The position numbers and the translations under genes are program-made. Shown here one piece after another: positions 63,241 through 64,000 of a DNA stretch of 64,000 nt (position 1 is the first letter of the stretch; every line of letters begins with the position of its first letter). Source of the DNA: Lama guanicoe. Taxonomy: Eukaryota. The stretch lies in assembly GCA_013239625.1 (NCBI GenBank), contig MU057356.1:26802793-26866792 (forward strand), in the 5' to 3' direction. The notes under the pieces were generated by a model, which worked only from the letters and a program-made list of their open reading frames with translations, searched no databases and was not told the DNA's origin.

Positions 63241-64000
63241 CAGAATTATGCATGGAAACCTATCTCTGCAGAAAGCCCAGTGCCCTGCCGTGGTTGTAAT
63301 GCTGTAAAGAATAACTGGCACAGCCTGAGGCTTGTTTTGTGGTTGGATTGAATGTGAAGATTCCGTGGCTCATTAATGTGTCAGGGACCACACAGAACGA
63401 GGGCGCAGAGAAAACCACAGGCTTTGTGAGTCTGGCTTTCATGAAGGTACTGCAGGGGCCCGCAGGCCTGGGAGTGGTGGGTCTGAACTGGTGTCTAAGG
63501 TGCGGAGCCCCACGCTCTCCCCGCCGCTTTGAAATCTGGTCTGGGATGAAGTCTCCTTGGCAGAAACTTGGTCCCCACAGCCCTGACTAATGTTCCATTA
63601 AGACCTTGAGGTAGCGAAACCACTTCTCCCCGGAGCTCAGATTGAGCCCTGGCAGAAAGACAGGCCATCCATCCCTGCATGCTGGCAACTGGCCTCTCCT
63701 CAACATCTGTTCCTTTCATTTTTCCTGTTACCACACGCGCGCCAATTAATTTTTAACTCCATTAACACATACTTCCTGCCACACCACCCACCGTCCCTGT
63801 TCTCTTCTCGGTGATCTTCCTTCAGACCTACTCTCAGGAGAGGGAGCCTTCTCAGAGCGTGATCCCACGTGAGCCTGACTGAGAGAGTTGATGTATCAGT
63901 GGAATCTTATTTCAATCTTAGCCTCTCACACACTTTTTAAATGAAAACTGCACACAGCACGAGACACTGCATAGCTTACTGTAAGGACTTTTAACTTGAA

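Noticed and set aside
1-64000. Prokaryotic-type systems (CRISPR arrays, operons, defence islands) or an intact retroelement or viral gene
   Set aside because: The sequence is CpG-depleted mammalian DNA with no spacer-repeat array, and the longest gap-free ORF is only 165 aa.

Overview
This is mammalian nuclear DNA, most likely from a camelid (alpaca or camel), judged from three tRNA-Ala-derived Vic-1-like SINEs and camelid-type L1 3' ends. The assembly is a draft with nine short N gaps. The first ~7.5 kb looks like the 3' end of an unidentified + strand gene: a candidate stop-containing exon at 1208, a terminal exon from 5061, and a ~2.4 kb repeat-free AU-rich 3' UTR ending at AATAAA 7432. 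About 50 kb of intergenic DNA follows, dominated by transposon fossils (L1, L2, MIR, CR1/L3, MaLR/ERVL/ERV1 LTRs, hAT and Tigger elements) with a few repeat-free, enhancer-like patches. At ~58.0-58.4 kb there is a small CpG-rich promoter (NRF1, GC-box and ETS/GABP motifs) with splice donors but no recognisable protein-coding gene. No complete protein-coding gene, true RNA gene, CRISPR array or prokaryotic system is supported, and nearly all listed ORFs are chance, gap-spanning or repeat-derived. I do not see a demonstrable new biological system. The best leads are the orphan promoter with a possible spliced 56-aa microprotein, an unusually readable CR1 reverse-transcriptase fossil, and a pair of similar stop-containing exons. 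Repeat family names come from my recollection of consensus sequences, not from a database search.
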